Positions 1 through 9,551 of a DNA stretch of 64,000 nt are shown here, in pieces (position 1 is the first letter of the stretch; each line of letters starts with the position of its first letter). The stretch is taken from IMG/VR virus record IMGVR_UViG_3300048575_000082, positions 36,916-100,915 of that record; one strand, given 5' to 3'. The notes under the pieces were generated by a model, which saw only the letters and a program-made list of their open reading frames with translations, was not told the DNA's origin and ran no database searches. A program made the translations under genes and the position numbers. This stretch comes from a virus.

Positions 1-810
1 CTCACCCTGGCTGAACCCGAGGGGGCCATTGGCCGATCCCGCTCCGACCTCAAGGGATACCGAGGAATTGAGCTGGACGTGCTCCCGACCTTGCTCGTCG
101 GTGAAGACCGAGGTGGTGAGGCCCGAAATCGAAGCCACGTCGATTTGACCCTTGATGGAGGTCGCCGTGAAGGTGCCTCCTGCAAAGGTGATCGTGTACT
201 CCGAACCGTTGACCTTGAGGATGAACTTGTCCGTCGAGCCCGTCGTGATCTCGAAAGGCGCGAAGCCCGGCGTTGTGAGCTGAGCCGTGGTCGTTGTCAC
301 CTGGTCGCTCACGTCGTCGGTGAAGACGGTGTCACCGCGATGGAAGTAGTAGGTGATCCGGACGATGTCTGTGGGCTGAGGCGGCACCTGGAAGATGACG
401 TAGCCCTTGGCGCCTTGTACGGCACCCACGGCGACCGGCGAACCGTTGACGGTTGCGGTCACGGAGCGAACGTCATTGGTGGTGCGCCCGAACCCCTGAC
501 CATCAACAATCGGGAAGTTGCGAACGCGGACCTTGGTGTAGGTCCCATCCGTCACTCCAAGCACCGGATTGTTGGGGTTCGTCTCGTCAACCACGAAGCT
601 CGCCGAGACGTCTTCGTTGACGATCTGTTCGTCAAGCGTTGAGCTAGAGCCACGCACAAGCTCCAGGTCAAGCTGCTCGAGTTCTTCTTGCCCGACCCCG
701 ATGTACACCGGAATCCGAAGCCCAGCAACGAGGTTGCTGACGTTGGCTTCAGTCAGACTGCGTGTGTAAACACCTGGGAATACAAAGGTCGCGAACGGTC
801 CAAGGCCCAT
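1..810 (-). CDS. Putative tail sheath protein, N-terminal part (runs off the left end; absent from the ORF track)
   Basis: ATG at 810 preceded by GGAG; open frame to position 1. Translates MGLGPFATFVFPGVYTRSLTE...; an N-terminal PGVY motif is typical of contractile tail sheaths, followed by beta-rich insertion domains. Confidence 0.65.
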   Translation of the reverse strand, partial: MGLGPFATFVFPGVYTRSLTEANVSNLVAGLRIPVYIGVGQEELEQLDLELVRGSSSTLDEQIVNEDVSASFVVDETNPNNPVLGVTDGTYTKVRVRNFPIVDGQGFGRTTNDVRSVTATVNGSPVAVGAVQGAKGYVIFQVPPQPTDIVRITYYFHRGDTVFTDDVSDQVTTTTAQLTTPGFAPFEITTGSTDKFILKVNGSEYTITFAGGTFTATSIKGQIDVASISGLTTSVFTDEQGREHVQLNSSVSLEVGAGSANGPLGFSQGE

Positions 811-922
811 CCGAATCTCCTGTGGTGGCTGCCCTGTTGAGCAGGTCCTGAAGAGGCTTCATCTATGTGCATCTGATCTGGATTTGGGCGCTGGACCCAC
901 TAACGACACGAACAAAGGAAGA

Positions 923-1345
923 TTATTGCTCGGCGGCTTTGCGGGTCTCCACAATCTTCTGACGCATCTTCGTATTGGCCTGGACACCAGCGTCACTCAT
1001 AGCCTCATACTCCACGAAGCCCTTACCGTTCCGTCGCATAAGAGAAGGCGTACCGCCCTGCTCCCGAACGGCCTTCTTGACCTTGTTCCTCGCGTCATAC
1101 TCACCCCAGCGGGCCTCGGCGCTACGTCCCACCGCCTTATCGGCCGTAGGGTAGTCCTTATCATGGACCCCTGTGTTCGCCGTCGCCGCCCCAGGAGTCT
1201 CTTGGAACCCAAAGGCGAAGCCGTCCCACACGCGGGGAGCGTCACATTCACACTTCGGGCATTCGTGCGTGGCATGATCCCCCATCTTGAGGACCCGTTC
1301 AAACCGGAGGTTGCAGTATGCACATTCGAATTCGTATTTAGGCAT
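923..1345 (-). CDS. FmdB-like zinc-ribbon protein
   Basis: MPKYEFECAYC...ECPKC pattern (MPxYxxxCxxC...CPxC). Confidence 0.65.
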   Translation of the reverse strand: MPKYEFECAYCNLRFERVLKMGDHATHECPKCECDAPRVWDGFAFGFQETPGAATANTGVHDKDYPTADKAVGRSAEARWGEYDARNKVKKAVREQGGTPSLMRRNGKGFVEYEAMSDAGVQANTKMRQKIVETRKAAEQ

Positions 1346-1351
1346 CGCTCT

Positions 1352-2542
1352 TCATCCAATCTTCTCGAACGAGTAGTTCCGTCCGACCGCAATAGGGGCC
1401 GTTTGATAAAAGAGTCCGCTGAAGACCTCTTGAATCGTCGAGGGGCCGTAAGCTCCTGGAGGCGCTGCGGCATCCCCCGACGCTGACGTCGGCGTGACGC
1501 GGCTGAGCGTGAGCGGCATCGGGACATGTACCTCCCAATCCGCCCGGAATTGTATCGACAAGGACGCCATGTAGGTGTACTGATCAGCGGTCTCGTCGTA
1601 GATCTCCTCCGATTCCCCGCCCATTGAAACATCGAGAATCTCGATCCCCTCATTCTCGAGAATCGGCTTCTTGATGCCCCACAAGCTCATGACGGCGAAG
1701 TCGGCGATCTCCTCCATCTGAAGGGGGTCCATGGCGATGACGTCGAAGTCGAAGGAGACCTCGAACTTGCCGCCGAAGGCGTTGGCGGTGAGAACGCGGT
1801 CTGGGTACACCACGACCGCCACCTTATCCCCAGGGCGGGCGCGCTTACCAAAGGCCAAGACAACCCCAGGGAGGGTCGTGAAGTCCGCCGTATTCCAGTA
1901 GAAGTCAATGGGACCTATGGACGGGACGGCGTAGCGGTAGTCCGCAACAATCGTCCCTCCGGGGACGTGATTGGCAAGCAGGATGATTGACCCAGGGGTC
2001 TCTCCCATCATGTAGTCAACGCCCTCACGTAGCAGGTACTTGTTGTTGTCCCACAGGCGTAGCGTTCCAGGGGCGGGCTCACCTTGAAGCTGTAGCTCCC
2101 GCTCAAGCCCCGTAGCGAATTGGGCTACGGGCTCATCCGTGACGGTGATGAGAGGGTCAACAACAAGGGTCCCTGCCTCATTAGCGTTTGTAGGGGCCGT
2201 GAGGATCTCGATGTAGTAAATCCCCGGGGTGAGCGGAAAGACGCCGTTATTGGCCCTTGTCGCCGCAATGTCCTCACGAATCCACTCGAGCGGGTAACAC
2301 GGAGCGCCTACGTTGGCGAGCATCACATAGCTCTCGATGGATCCGATGTAGTTATCGGCGGCGAGAGCTACCTTGTTGCCGGAGCTGCCCTTGACGACGA
2401 TGCCAAATTGGGGGCGCTCCTTGAAGGAGTATTTGCTCTGGATGAAGGGAACGATCTTCTCGTAGACGGGATGCTGCGCGAAGGAATCTTGAAGCTCTAG
2501 GATGAGGCGCCGCTTGAGGGCCGATACGAGGTAGTAGTACAC
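1352..2542 (-). CDS. Hypothetical virion protein, possibly tail completion/terminator
   Basis: 396-aa ORF just upstream of the sheath; beta-rich; function inferred from position only. Confidence 0.4.
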   Translation of the reverse strand: MYYYLVSALKRRLILELQDSFAQHPVYEKIVPFIQSKYSFKERPQFGIVVKGSSGNKVALAADNYIGSIESYVMLANVGAPCYPLEWIREDIAATRANNGVFPLTPGIYYIEILTAPTNANEAGTLVVDPLITVTDEPVAQFATGLERELQLQGEPAPGTLRLWDNNKYLLREGVDYMMGETPGSIILLANHVPGGTIVADYRYAVPSIGPIDFYWNTADFTTLPGVVLAFGKRARPGDKVAVVVYPDRVLTANAFGGKFEVSFDFDVIAMDPLQMEEIADFAVMSLWGIKKPILENEGIEILDVSMGGESEEIYDETADQYTYMASLSIQFRADWEVHVPMPLTLSRVTPTSASGDAAAPPGAYGPSTIQEVFSGLFYQTAPIAVGRNYSFEKIG

Positions 2543-2565
2543 GCTCTAGGTGTTTGACAGGAAGA

Positions 2566-3582
2566 CTAGTCGTCGGCGTGCTCTTCCGAGGCCAAGACCA
2601 GGAGGCCCTCCGCTACCGCTGTCAGAGGGTCGCGGGCAGCCCGTACCTCACTGACCTTGATGGGGAAGCCCCGCTTGCGAACGTCTTCAAACTCTTGCTT
2701 GAAGACGTCAAGGAAGCCCCCTGCCTTACTTGTCCCACCGCTGACCACAAAGGGGACGGCTTCGGGCAAGTCAAGGGAGGCTTGTACCTTGCGGAATTGC
2801 TGCGAGATAGCCTCGAGGCAATAGCGAATGAGCGCTCGGATGTAGAGGGCAATGGCTTCTTCTTCGCGGCAGGTGGGCTTGGCAAGGTCGATGCCCTTCT
2901 CCTTGATCGAGCACATGCGTGCCGCTGTGGAGCCCATGGCTTTGGCGGCGTGTTGGTCGATCCAATCCCCGCCCCGGGCGACCGCGAAGCTCATGCCTTG
3001 AACCGTCTGGTAGGCAAGGGCAACGTTGCACATGCCGGAACCAAAGCTCACCGAAAGCCCCGAGAAGTTCTCATTGGCGCATTGGCTGTAGACGATCGCC
3101 ATGGCTTCATTCATGGGATGGGGGGTGTAACCATGCTCTGCGACGATCTTTCGGAAGATCTCCGTGTGGTAGGTGATGTCCTGATCGAGATCGTCGATCG
3201 GGGCGGCCGGAACGGAGAAGTAGCAGTGCTCCCCTGGAGTCACAGGGTCGCCCAAGACGTGGTGAACCAGCAAGCTCAACACCTGTTGGGCGTCAAGCTC
3301 ACCAGCGGAGATGATCCCCCGGGAGAGGGGTCGCCGGATTTCACGCTTGAACAAGTTGGCCATGTTCAAGGCGGAGTCGCCAATGACGATGAGCTGGCCG
3401 TTCTTCTCTACGTAGTTGACCCGAGAAAGGCGCAAGGTCTTCTTGTCGGCGATGTCAAGGTCAAGGAATGCGTCCCGGATGCGTTCCAACGCAACCTTAT
3501 CGCCTTGCTGCCTGGCGCTGACGATGTTCATGGTCCCGATATCGAGACCCACCCCTGGGGCTTCAGCCACATCCTTGGTCAT
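2566..3582 (-). CDS. Actin-like ATPase (MreB/FtsA/MamK superfamily)
   Basis: Phosphate-1 GLDIGTMNIV, phosphate-2-like SVSFGSGMCNV, adenosine motif VVSGGTSK. Start moved to MTKDVAE after an AAGGAG RBS. Confidence 0.75.
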   Translation of the reverse strand: MTKDVAEAPGVGLDIGTMNIVSARQQGDKVALERIRDAFLDLDIADKKTLRLSRVNYVEKNGQLIVIGDSALNMANLFKREIRRPLSRGIISAGELDAQQVLSLLVHHVLGDPVTPGEHCYFSVPAAPIDDLDQDITYHTEIFRKIVAEHGYTPHPMNEAMAIVYSQCANENFSGLSVSFGSGMCNVALAYQTVQGMSFAVARGGDWIDQHAAKAMGSTAARMCSIKEKGIDLAKPTCREEEAIALYIRALIRYCLEAISQQFRKVQASLDLPEAVPFVVSGGTSKAGGFLDVFKQEFEDVRKRGFPIKVSEVRAARDPLTAVAEGLLVLASEEHADD

Positions 3583-3619
3583 TGTCATCTCCTTCACATC
3601 TTTTCTGGGCATTACGTCC

Positions 3620-4099
3620 TCAGTCTGCCCCACCGTCGGAGACAGGGCAAGTCCATTGTCCTGCCGTGCATACAGCGCCGACGCAATTCGGCATATCGTT
3701 CAGGTCGCAATCCTCGACGCAAACCCACGCCGTATCGTTGACACAGACGGGAGGGGAGGTGGGGCAGGCGGGTACGGGGGTGACTGAGGCACAGGGGCAC
3801 ACCCACTTACCGTCGACACACTTGGAGGAATAGCATTCCGGGGCGCTCCCTTCGCACCCGGCGTCCACCCCGGCTTCGGTTTGTGGACAGGTCCACTTAC
3901 CATCGACGCATACGGGGCCAACGCAGTTGGGCTTGGAATCAGCGTCTTCATCACAAGCGAGGGCAGACGCTTCGGGAGAGCCGTCGAGGGCGCTCGCGTC
4001 GGTGCCAGGCGTGGGCGGTGTAGGCTTGGGGTCATCCGAGCTGCTGCAAGCGGTGAGAGCCAAAACCGCGATGAGGCCGAGGAGTGTTGCGATCTTCAT
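3620..4099 (-). CDS. Cys-rich lipoprotein
   Basis: Signal peptide MKIATLLGLIAVLALTA-C with LTAC lipobox; repeated CVGxVCxxGxWxCP units; DAGVDAG motif. Confidence 0.7.
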   Translation of the reverse strand: MKIATLLGLIAVLALTACSSSDDPKPTPPTPGTDASALDGSPEASALACDEDADSKPNCVGPVCVDGKWTCPQTEAGVDAGCEGSAPECYSSKCVDGKWVCPCASVTPVPACPTSPPVCVNDTAWVCVEDCDLNDMPNCVGAVCTAGQWTCPVSDGGAD

Positions 4100-4121
4100 T
4101 TCTGTAGTCCTTCTGGTGTAG

Positions 4122-4820
4122 TTAGGTAGCCTTCCAAGAGAGGGCCGACGCTTGACGTTGGCCTGCACGCTGTTGTAGCAGATAGATGTTCTCTTCGTGC
4201 TTGTCGGCGATGCCTTGCAAACGGTTGTCTACACCGAGACTCAAGAGACCGGACTTCTCCAGACCGGCGTAAGCGAGGTGCAAGAGCACCATGAAGCCAT
4301 ATTCGGCTCGCAAGCTAAGATTGACGTACTGCTGGGGGTTGGGGTCCACAGGGGCTCCCGAATAGAGCCACTTGAGCACCATGAGCTGGTGCGTCGAAAC
4401 GACGATCGGCTGAACCAAGAGGTGGGGTCCAAACCCGACGGCCTTCTCGGCGATCCCGTCGACCTCACCGTCAACGTTGCCATAGATGCGCTCGAACAAG
4501 AGGTGGTCACCGTAGTAGGTCACCCCACGCGTCTGCCAATGGTGGGATTGATGAACGACCGCAAGGGCCTTGAGGGCGGATAGCAGAACGCCCAGCTCGG
4601 CGGCTGGAGCCCCCGCGTACCCATTGAGCATCGAATTGAAAAGCGCCTGCGCATCCGAAAGGGACTCTTCGGACGCCTTGCGCATCATGTTTGCCACTGC
4701 TGCATTCTTGATTCGCATAGCTAGCCTCATCGCGGGCAAGTAGGGTGGCCCGTGCTGAAGGGGATCGTAGCCGGTGGGATCATCCCAAACCGGATCAAGG
4801 GTTCCAGCGGATTTCGACAT
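4122..4820 (-). CDS. Ferritin/Dps-like four-helix protein (DUF5856-like)
   Basis: VHQSHHWQTRG...DHLLFERIY...D.IAEKAVG...LQGIADKHEENIYLL pattern. Confidence 0.6.
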   Translation of the reverse strand: MSKSAGTLDPVWDDPTGYDPLQHGPPYLPAMRLAMRIKNAAVANMMRKASEESLSDAQALFNSMLNGYAGAPAAELGVLLSALKALAVVHQSHHWQTRGVTYYGDHLLFERIYGNVDGEVDGIAEKAVGFGPHLLVQPIVVSTHQLMVLKWLYSGAPVDPNPQQYVNLSLRAEYGFMVLLHLAYAGLEKSGLLSLGVDNRLQGIADKHEENIYLLQQRAGQRQASALSWKAT

Positions 4821-5205
4821 TCTTGCCAGCCTTCTGGATGAGGTGGTCTACCCAACCAAGGGCAGCGCTGTAATCGCTGAAGGTTGCGGTCTTGAAGGTT
4901 GCCTCACCGGGGAGGCGATACTCCAAGCGCGATCCCTCTTCGCCAGCCTTCTTCTTCGCCTTGGCGGCTTCTTGATCCTTCTTGACTTCCTTACCCACGT
5001 CACCGAGGGAGGACTTCTCAGGCTTGGCGGCGAAAGACTTGCCAGTGAAGGGGCTCTTGATCGAGGTTTGCTTGGACTCCGTCCAGAAGTCCTTACCCGT
5101 CTCAGGGCACGTGTACTTGTAGAGGATCGCCGCTGCCGTCCGTGGGGCTGTCGCGGTCACGATGTTCTCTGCTTGGTGGATGAGGCTAGCTTGACGAGGG
5201 TGCAT
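4795..5205 (-). CDS. Hypothetical protein; C-terminal module shared with 12703-12906
   Basis: AGGAG RBS before MHPRQAS; YTCPETG...SPFTG motif; C-terminal LEYRLPG...VEIRW. Confidence 0.55.
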   Translation of the reverse strand: MHPRQASLIHQAENIVTATAPRTAAAILYKYTCPETGKDFWTESKQTSIKSPFTGKSFAAKPEKSSLGDVGKEVKKDQEAAKAKKKAGEEGSRLEYRLPGEATFKTATFSDYSAALGWVDHLIQKAGKNVEIRWNP

Positions 5206-5240
5206 GATCTCTCCTTGCTTCAGGACGAGACTCAAGAGGT

Positions 5241-5810
5241 TTATTTGCGGAGCGACCGGAGCTTGCTCCGATTGCTTGCGATGTTGGTTGCTGAGGACTC
5301 CTCCGTCTTGGATTCTATCCGAACCTCGGCGTCCACAGGCTTGATGCTTGACGGTATGAAGGTCGGCGTGTCGTCCGGAAGGATCGCAGCGGGAATCCCC
5401 GCCACGGCCGGTTGTGCCGAAACAACGCGAACTTGAACCCCCGTGGCTTCAACCTTGGCCATCATGACCTTAAAAGCTTCCGTTTGGAGGCGTAGCTGCT
5501 CGAGAATGGCGGCGTTCATAGCCCGCTGCTCCTCAAGGGTCTGATGGAGCTGCTTGTTCTGATCCGTCAAGGCTGCAATCACCACGTCGTGGTTTGACTG
5601 ATGGGGGGCCACTTGAATTGGCGCTCCGATCGCCCCTGAATGAATCCGCATGATGGACTTCTGGGCTATGGCCTGCCAGAGGTGTTTTGACCGCAAGGCA
5701 AGCTCGGCAGGAATGGTGACGATCATGCCTTGTGGCACACTCATCTGGATATCTTCAAGGACGTGATCCCCCATGGTCACGCCCAGAACAGTCACGTCTC
5801 CGGTGCTCAT
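5241..5810 (-). CDS. Hypothetical protein with coiled coil
   Basis: 189-aa ORF overlapping the upstream gene by 4 nt. Confidence 0.5.
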   Translation of the reverse strand: MSTGDVTVLGVTMGDHVLEDIQMSVPQGMIVTIPAELALRSKHLWQAIAQKSIMRIHSGAIGAPIQVAPHQSNHDVVIAALTDQNKQLHQTLEEQRAMNAAILEQLRLQTEAFKVMMAKVEATGVQVRVVSAQPAVAGIPAAILPDDTPTFIPSSIKPVDAEVRIESKTEESSATNIASNRSKLRSLRK

Positions 5811-6382
5811 CTTGATGCCTCTCTCAGTCGCTTGCGTATGTCCGCCGCGATGCGCTTCTTGACGGCCTCACGCGCCTCCTCCCGGACCTTCTCAATGATG
5901 CCCGTTGAAGGGCGGCCGGGATGCACCCACTTGCCGTTTGCCATAGACTTAGCGGTTGCGCTTCGAAAGATCAACTGCCCGTCATCCGTGACAATCGGGA
6001 TGGGCGCCCGCGCCTTCGTTAGCCAGGTCATCTGTTGACTCTTCTGCCCCATGATGAGAGGCTTGAAGGCTGGGTGGTTCACCGTTACAGCCAGGCTGCT
6101 CTGCTTGATTTCGATTCGTACCGCCGACGCCAGCATACGCTTGGCACTTGGTGAATAGTCCGTGGTCTGAAGCGCGGCGCGTAGCCTTCGCATGATGCTC
6201 CGGTTGAGCATCTGCATGGCCTGTTGAATATCCGCCGTGAGGGTCGTAGGGTCGACGAGATGTACACGCTTCTCGTCGATCAGAGGCTTTCCGTAGAAAG
6301 CCATGATCTTGAATTGCAGCCCTTGCTTAGACTTGGACCCTACAAGGGGGCGCCCGCTCAGAGGTTTGACGTGTCCTGGCAT
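5807..6382 (-). CDS. Hypothetical basic protein, possibly neck/tail morphogenesis
   Basis: 191-aa ORF tightly packed in the neck region; function from context. Confidence 0.45.
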   Translation of the reverse strand: MPGHVKPLSGRPLVGSKSKQGLQFKIMAFYGKPLIDEKRVHLVDPTTLTADIQQAMQMLNRSIMRRLRAALQTTDYSPSAKRMLASAVRIEIKQSSLAVTVNHPAFKPLIMGQKSQQMTWLTKARAPIPIVTDDGQLIFRSATAKSMANGKWVHPGRPSTGIIEKVREEAREAVKKRIAADIRKRLREASR

Positions 6383-6383
6383 C

Positions 6384-7721
6384 TTAGTACTCGATGTTCT
6401 CCCACGTTCCGGTTAGCCCCCGAAGCTGGCGCTCCTCGGGGATGTTTGGCTTATCCGTGGGTGCGGTACCCTCGGGGCGTTCAGGCCCGATCTTCTGGAC
6501 CTGGTTGATGGCGTGTTGCGTAGGATCGATGAGGGGCACCCTGTAACGGATGTCCTTCTCATCGAAGTGTCCGATATTGAAGTGTTGCTGCAACACCATA
6601 CCGCGATTGCTTGGGACACGCACGGCACCAATCGAGTAACGTTTACCATTAGCCTTCACGATGAAGTCACGATGGGATAGCAACGGGGCCGGTCCGGTCC
6701 AGACCTCATAGCTGTGCTCAACCGTCCGGCCGGTATCCTTCTGCGTGATGCGTTTCTCGGCATCATCGGGAGCCACAAGGAGGTCGTAGGGGCCTTCGTA
6801 GCCGCCCACGATGCCCGTCCCATAACACACGGTGCAGTCGCTGACTGGTTGTCGGGTGTGCTCGGTTGGCGCGACACAAGGGCACCGTGGCCCGACGTTC
6901 TTGCGAAGGAAGACCCTGACACGCTCGCCCCCTTGGTCAAGGATCCAGCGGTTGCGCCGGATAGCCTCTCGCCAGATGTAGTCAAGCTTTTCGACCGCAT
7001 ACGAGCTGACCACCGCAGCATTCTCAAGAGGGGTCTCCGTGAGGGGGGCGCCTTGGGCGGCGGACCCTACCGAGGTCACGCGATAGAAGACCCGTTGAAC
7101 GAGGTCGGTCTTCAGAAAGCTGCGAGTGTAGCGGTAGGTGCAAGTCACGACACTCCCGGGCTTTGGTAGCACGGGGTCAATGAGCTTCTGGGTCACCACG
7201 TCGGGGTAGCTCTTCGGATCAAGCTCAACCTCTCCTGCGGTTCCGTAGATGTACTTGACCCTTGCGGGGACGCCATCCACAAAGACCTGCACATCTCGTG
7301 GGTCATTGGCCGGAATGCTCTGCGATCCCGCCTTAACAATGGGGAAGTGCTGGACCTGGAAAACATATCGGGCACGGTCTTGGCCCGTTGATGCGTCCCC
7401 ACGCAGCGTGAAGGATGCGGAAACGTCCTCATCCGGAACAAGGACATTGTCCGTCTGGTCACGCCAGAAGTTTGACCCCAGCGGAATCGACGTGATCAGG
7501 TCATACGGGCCGTACTCCGAATCGAAACTTCGGTAGACGTTGACACCTACGAGGGCGAACTTGGCGTTGTGGACGAGCTGAGCGGGGTCATCCCACCAAA
7601 TGTCATAGACCCCCGGGCTCCCTCCCGTCAAGATGAAGGCGTTGAGGGGCGCCGCAGGCCAATCCGCCCCGGACATCTCCAAAGGGTGTACTTCGCGATC
7701 TCGCTGTGAGGCGTAGGGCAT
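6384..7721 (-). CDS. Putative head-closure/neck protein with Zn-finger insertion
   Basis: CPC...CTVCYGTG insertion, then a beta-barrel-like segment (...RDFIVKANGKRYSIGAV...); AGGAG RBS. Confidence 0.5.
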   Translation of the reverse strand: MPYASQRDREVHPLEMSGADWPAAPLNAFILTGGSPGVYDIWWDDPAQLVHNAKFALVGVNVYRSFDSEYGPYDLITSIPLGSNFWRDQTDNVLVPDEDVSASFTLRGDASTGQDRARYVFQVQHFPIVKAGSQSIPANDPRDVQVFVDGVPARVKYIYGTAGEVELDPKSYPDVVTQKLIDPVLPKPGSVVTCTYRYTRSFLKTDLVQRVFYRVTSVGSAAQGAPLTETPLENAAVVSSYAVEKLDYIWREAIRRNRWILDQGGERVRVFLRKNVGPRCPCVAPTEHTRQPVSDCTVCYGTGIVGGYEGPYDLLVAPDDAEKRITQKDTGRTVEHSYEVWTGPAPLLSHRDFIVKANGKRYSIGAVRVPSNRGMVLQQHFNIGHFDEKDIRYRVPLIDPTQHAINQVQKIGPERPEGTAPTDKPNIPEERQLRGLTGTWENIEY

Positions 7722-7754
7722 GGGGACTCCTACAGGGTCCCCACGAAAGGAGGA

Positions 7755-8084
7755 TTAGGTGGTGGGAGGTGGGGGCGCCTTCTTCCGGACGTCATCGATG
7801 ACTCCGGTCTGAGGATCGATCTCCCAGGCGCCGGTAAGGGGCAACCCTCGCTCCATGCACACGATCTCCCAGAGGCGGCTCTTCTCATTGTCGATACGTT
7901 GGGCCGCTGCTAGAAGGCGGACCTTGCGGATCTCAAGGTCAAGAAGCTCATCACCGAGAGCCAGACGGCTATTGGTGAGAGTCTCGAACTTGGCAAGAGT
8001 CTCGGCGTCCACGGGGGCATCCGGGGACAGCCGAGGTGTCTTGGGGGCGGGGTTCTGATTCTGATCGCTCATCTTCATCTCCAT
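7755..8084 (-). CDS. Hypothetical coiled-coil protein
   Basis: 109-aa ORF within the operon. Confidence 0.5.
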   Translation of the reverse strand: MEMKMSDQNQNPAPKTPRLSPDAPVDAETLAKFETLTNSRLALGDELLDLEIRKVRLLAAAQRIDNEKSRLWEIVCMERGLPLTGAWEIDPQTGVIDDVRKKAPPPPTT

Positions 8085-8096
8085 CCGACGCGTGCC

Positions 8097-9041
8097 TTAC
8101 GCGCCTGCTTCGTTCATCATCTTCTCGATCCGGTTGGTCAAACCAACGAGGCCCTTGACCCAGTCGATGAATTGGTTGAACCGATCGGCGAGGTAGTTCC
8201 ACGCCTTGGTGAGGGTGTCCATGAGGCCCGCTTGCTTGTAACCAGAGAGGCCCTCGGGGTTGAAGTAACCCTCGGGAAGGGGAACGCCCTCTTCAACGCG
8301 GTTGATGGCAGCCTGGACAGCTTCCAACACCTGCTTCTTGTCGAATTCCTTGAGGGCGAGGAGGAGCATGAATTGGAACTCCTTCTCGAATTCGATCGTC
8401 GGGACCTTGCTCTCGTTGTAGCGGCGAACCTGGACATCTAGTTCACCGAGGCTCTTGCGGGCCTTCTCGAGCTGGTCAATGTGGGTATTGAAGTCGCGGC
8501 GGGCGCCTTCAAGCCACTTCTGCCGTTGAGCGACGCCCTTTTCGCTCTTGGCTTCAGCAAGTCCCTTGATGTGCTTGTCGATCAGCTCCTGGGCTTCGGC
8601 GACCTTCTTCTCGTAGTGGGCAATCCAGAGCTTCCAATCGTACGTCGATCGGCCGACCTGGTCGAGGAGCTGCTTGCTCTTGAGAGTCTCCTTGACCCAA
8701 TCCTCGATCTGCTCGCCGGTCTTCGCCGCCCACTTGCCTGCGCCGCCCTCACCACCAAGAGCTTCAATGTACTTCGGAGGCAAGGTGATGTTCATCTTGG
8801 CGCACTTGTTTCGCCAATGCTGGACGGTCGCTGCCCAAGACTTACCGTTCTTGGGGTCGAATCGCTCTCCCTCGTATTCAACGACGTACTTCCAGATGTT
8901 CAGGCATTCAACAGGCAACTCGCCGGAGTCGACACCTTGAACGATCTCCTTTGGAGGGGTGTAGCGAGAGTCGGCTGCTTCGATGGGGCGATGGGCCGCC
9001 AGATAGCGACGAAGGACATTCTTGGCGATGGTATCACGCAT
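8097..9041 (-). CDS. Hypothetical helical protein with N-terminal KNVLRRYLAA tag
   Basis: 314-aa ORF, GGAG upstream, preceded by TTTCTTTTATAG motif. Confidence 0.6.
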   Translation of the reverse strand: MRDTIAKNVLRRYLAAHRPIEAADSRYTPPKEIVQGVDSGELPVECLNIWKYVVEYEGERFDPKNGKSWAATVQHWRNKCAKMNITLPPKYIEALGGEGGAGKWAAKTGEQIEDWVKETLKSKQLLDQVGRSTYDWKLWIAHYEKKVAEAQELIDKHIKGLAEAKSEKGVAQRQKWLEGARRDFNTHIDQLEKARKSLGELDVQVRRYNESKVPTIEFEKEFQFMLLLALKEFDKKQVLEAVQAAINRVEEGVPLPEGYFNPEGLSGYKQAGLMDTLTKAWNYLADRFNQFIDWVKGLVGLTNRIEKMMNEAGA

Positions 9042-9100
9042 GGGGGTAGGCTCCGAAGGTTACGTTCTCCGTGCCTACATCCGGGCTATAAAAGAAACCA

Positions 9101-9298
9101 TCACTGCTTCTTGGCAGACCGTGTGCGTGCCATGACTCGAAGGAAGCGCATGAACTCATCATAGTCAAGACCCGCATGTTCCACCATAGCCTGTGCCTCT
9201 TGGTCATGGCTGACCTCGGCCACGCCAGGCGGGACGCTAGGCGGGACGCTAGGCGCCTCCTGCTCCGGTTTCGTCGAGGGTCGTTGAGTTCTCATCAC
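9101..9298 (-). CDS. Small hypothetical protein
   Basis: 65-aa ORF; weak support. Confidence 0.3.
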   Translation of the reverse strand: MMRTQRPSTKPEQEAPSVPPSVPPGVAEVSHDQEAQAMVEHAGLDYDEFMRFLRVMARTRSAKKQ

Positions 9299-9551
9299 CC
9301 TTATCTACACCGGAATCAGGGCAGTCTGGGCACGTAAGACGCCTCCCGATGCCACAACAATCACAAGGCCGGACAAGGTATTCAATGGATGAACCATCCC
9401 CAAATGTAACCAAGAGGCGTCCCCTCCGGATCGCCATCTGGGCTACATGTGTTCCCCTGGTGTCAGCGGCCTGTGTGGCTTCACGAACCGCGCGGAAGTA
9501 CTCGAGAAAGGATGCGTGCCCCAAGGGACGGTCTGTCGTGAAGGGTATCAC
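9249..9551 (-). CDS. Small hypothetical protein with CDCC...CPDC
   Basis: 100-aa ORF overlapping the upstream stop. Confidence 0.35.
   Translation of the reverse strand: MIPFTTDRPLGHASFLEYFRAVREATQAADTRGTHVAQMAIRRGRLLVTFGDGSSIEYLVRPCDCCGIGRRLTCPDCPDSGVDKGDENSTTLDETGAGGA

Noticed and set aside
9226-9256. 12-bp tandem duplication (ggcgggacgcta)
   Set aside because: Only two copies, encoding PPSV in a small ORF; too short to matter.
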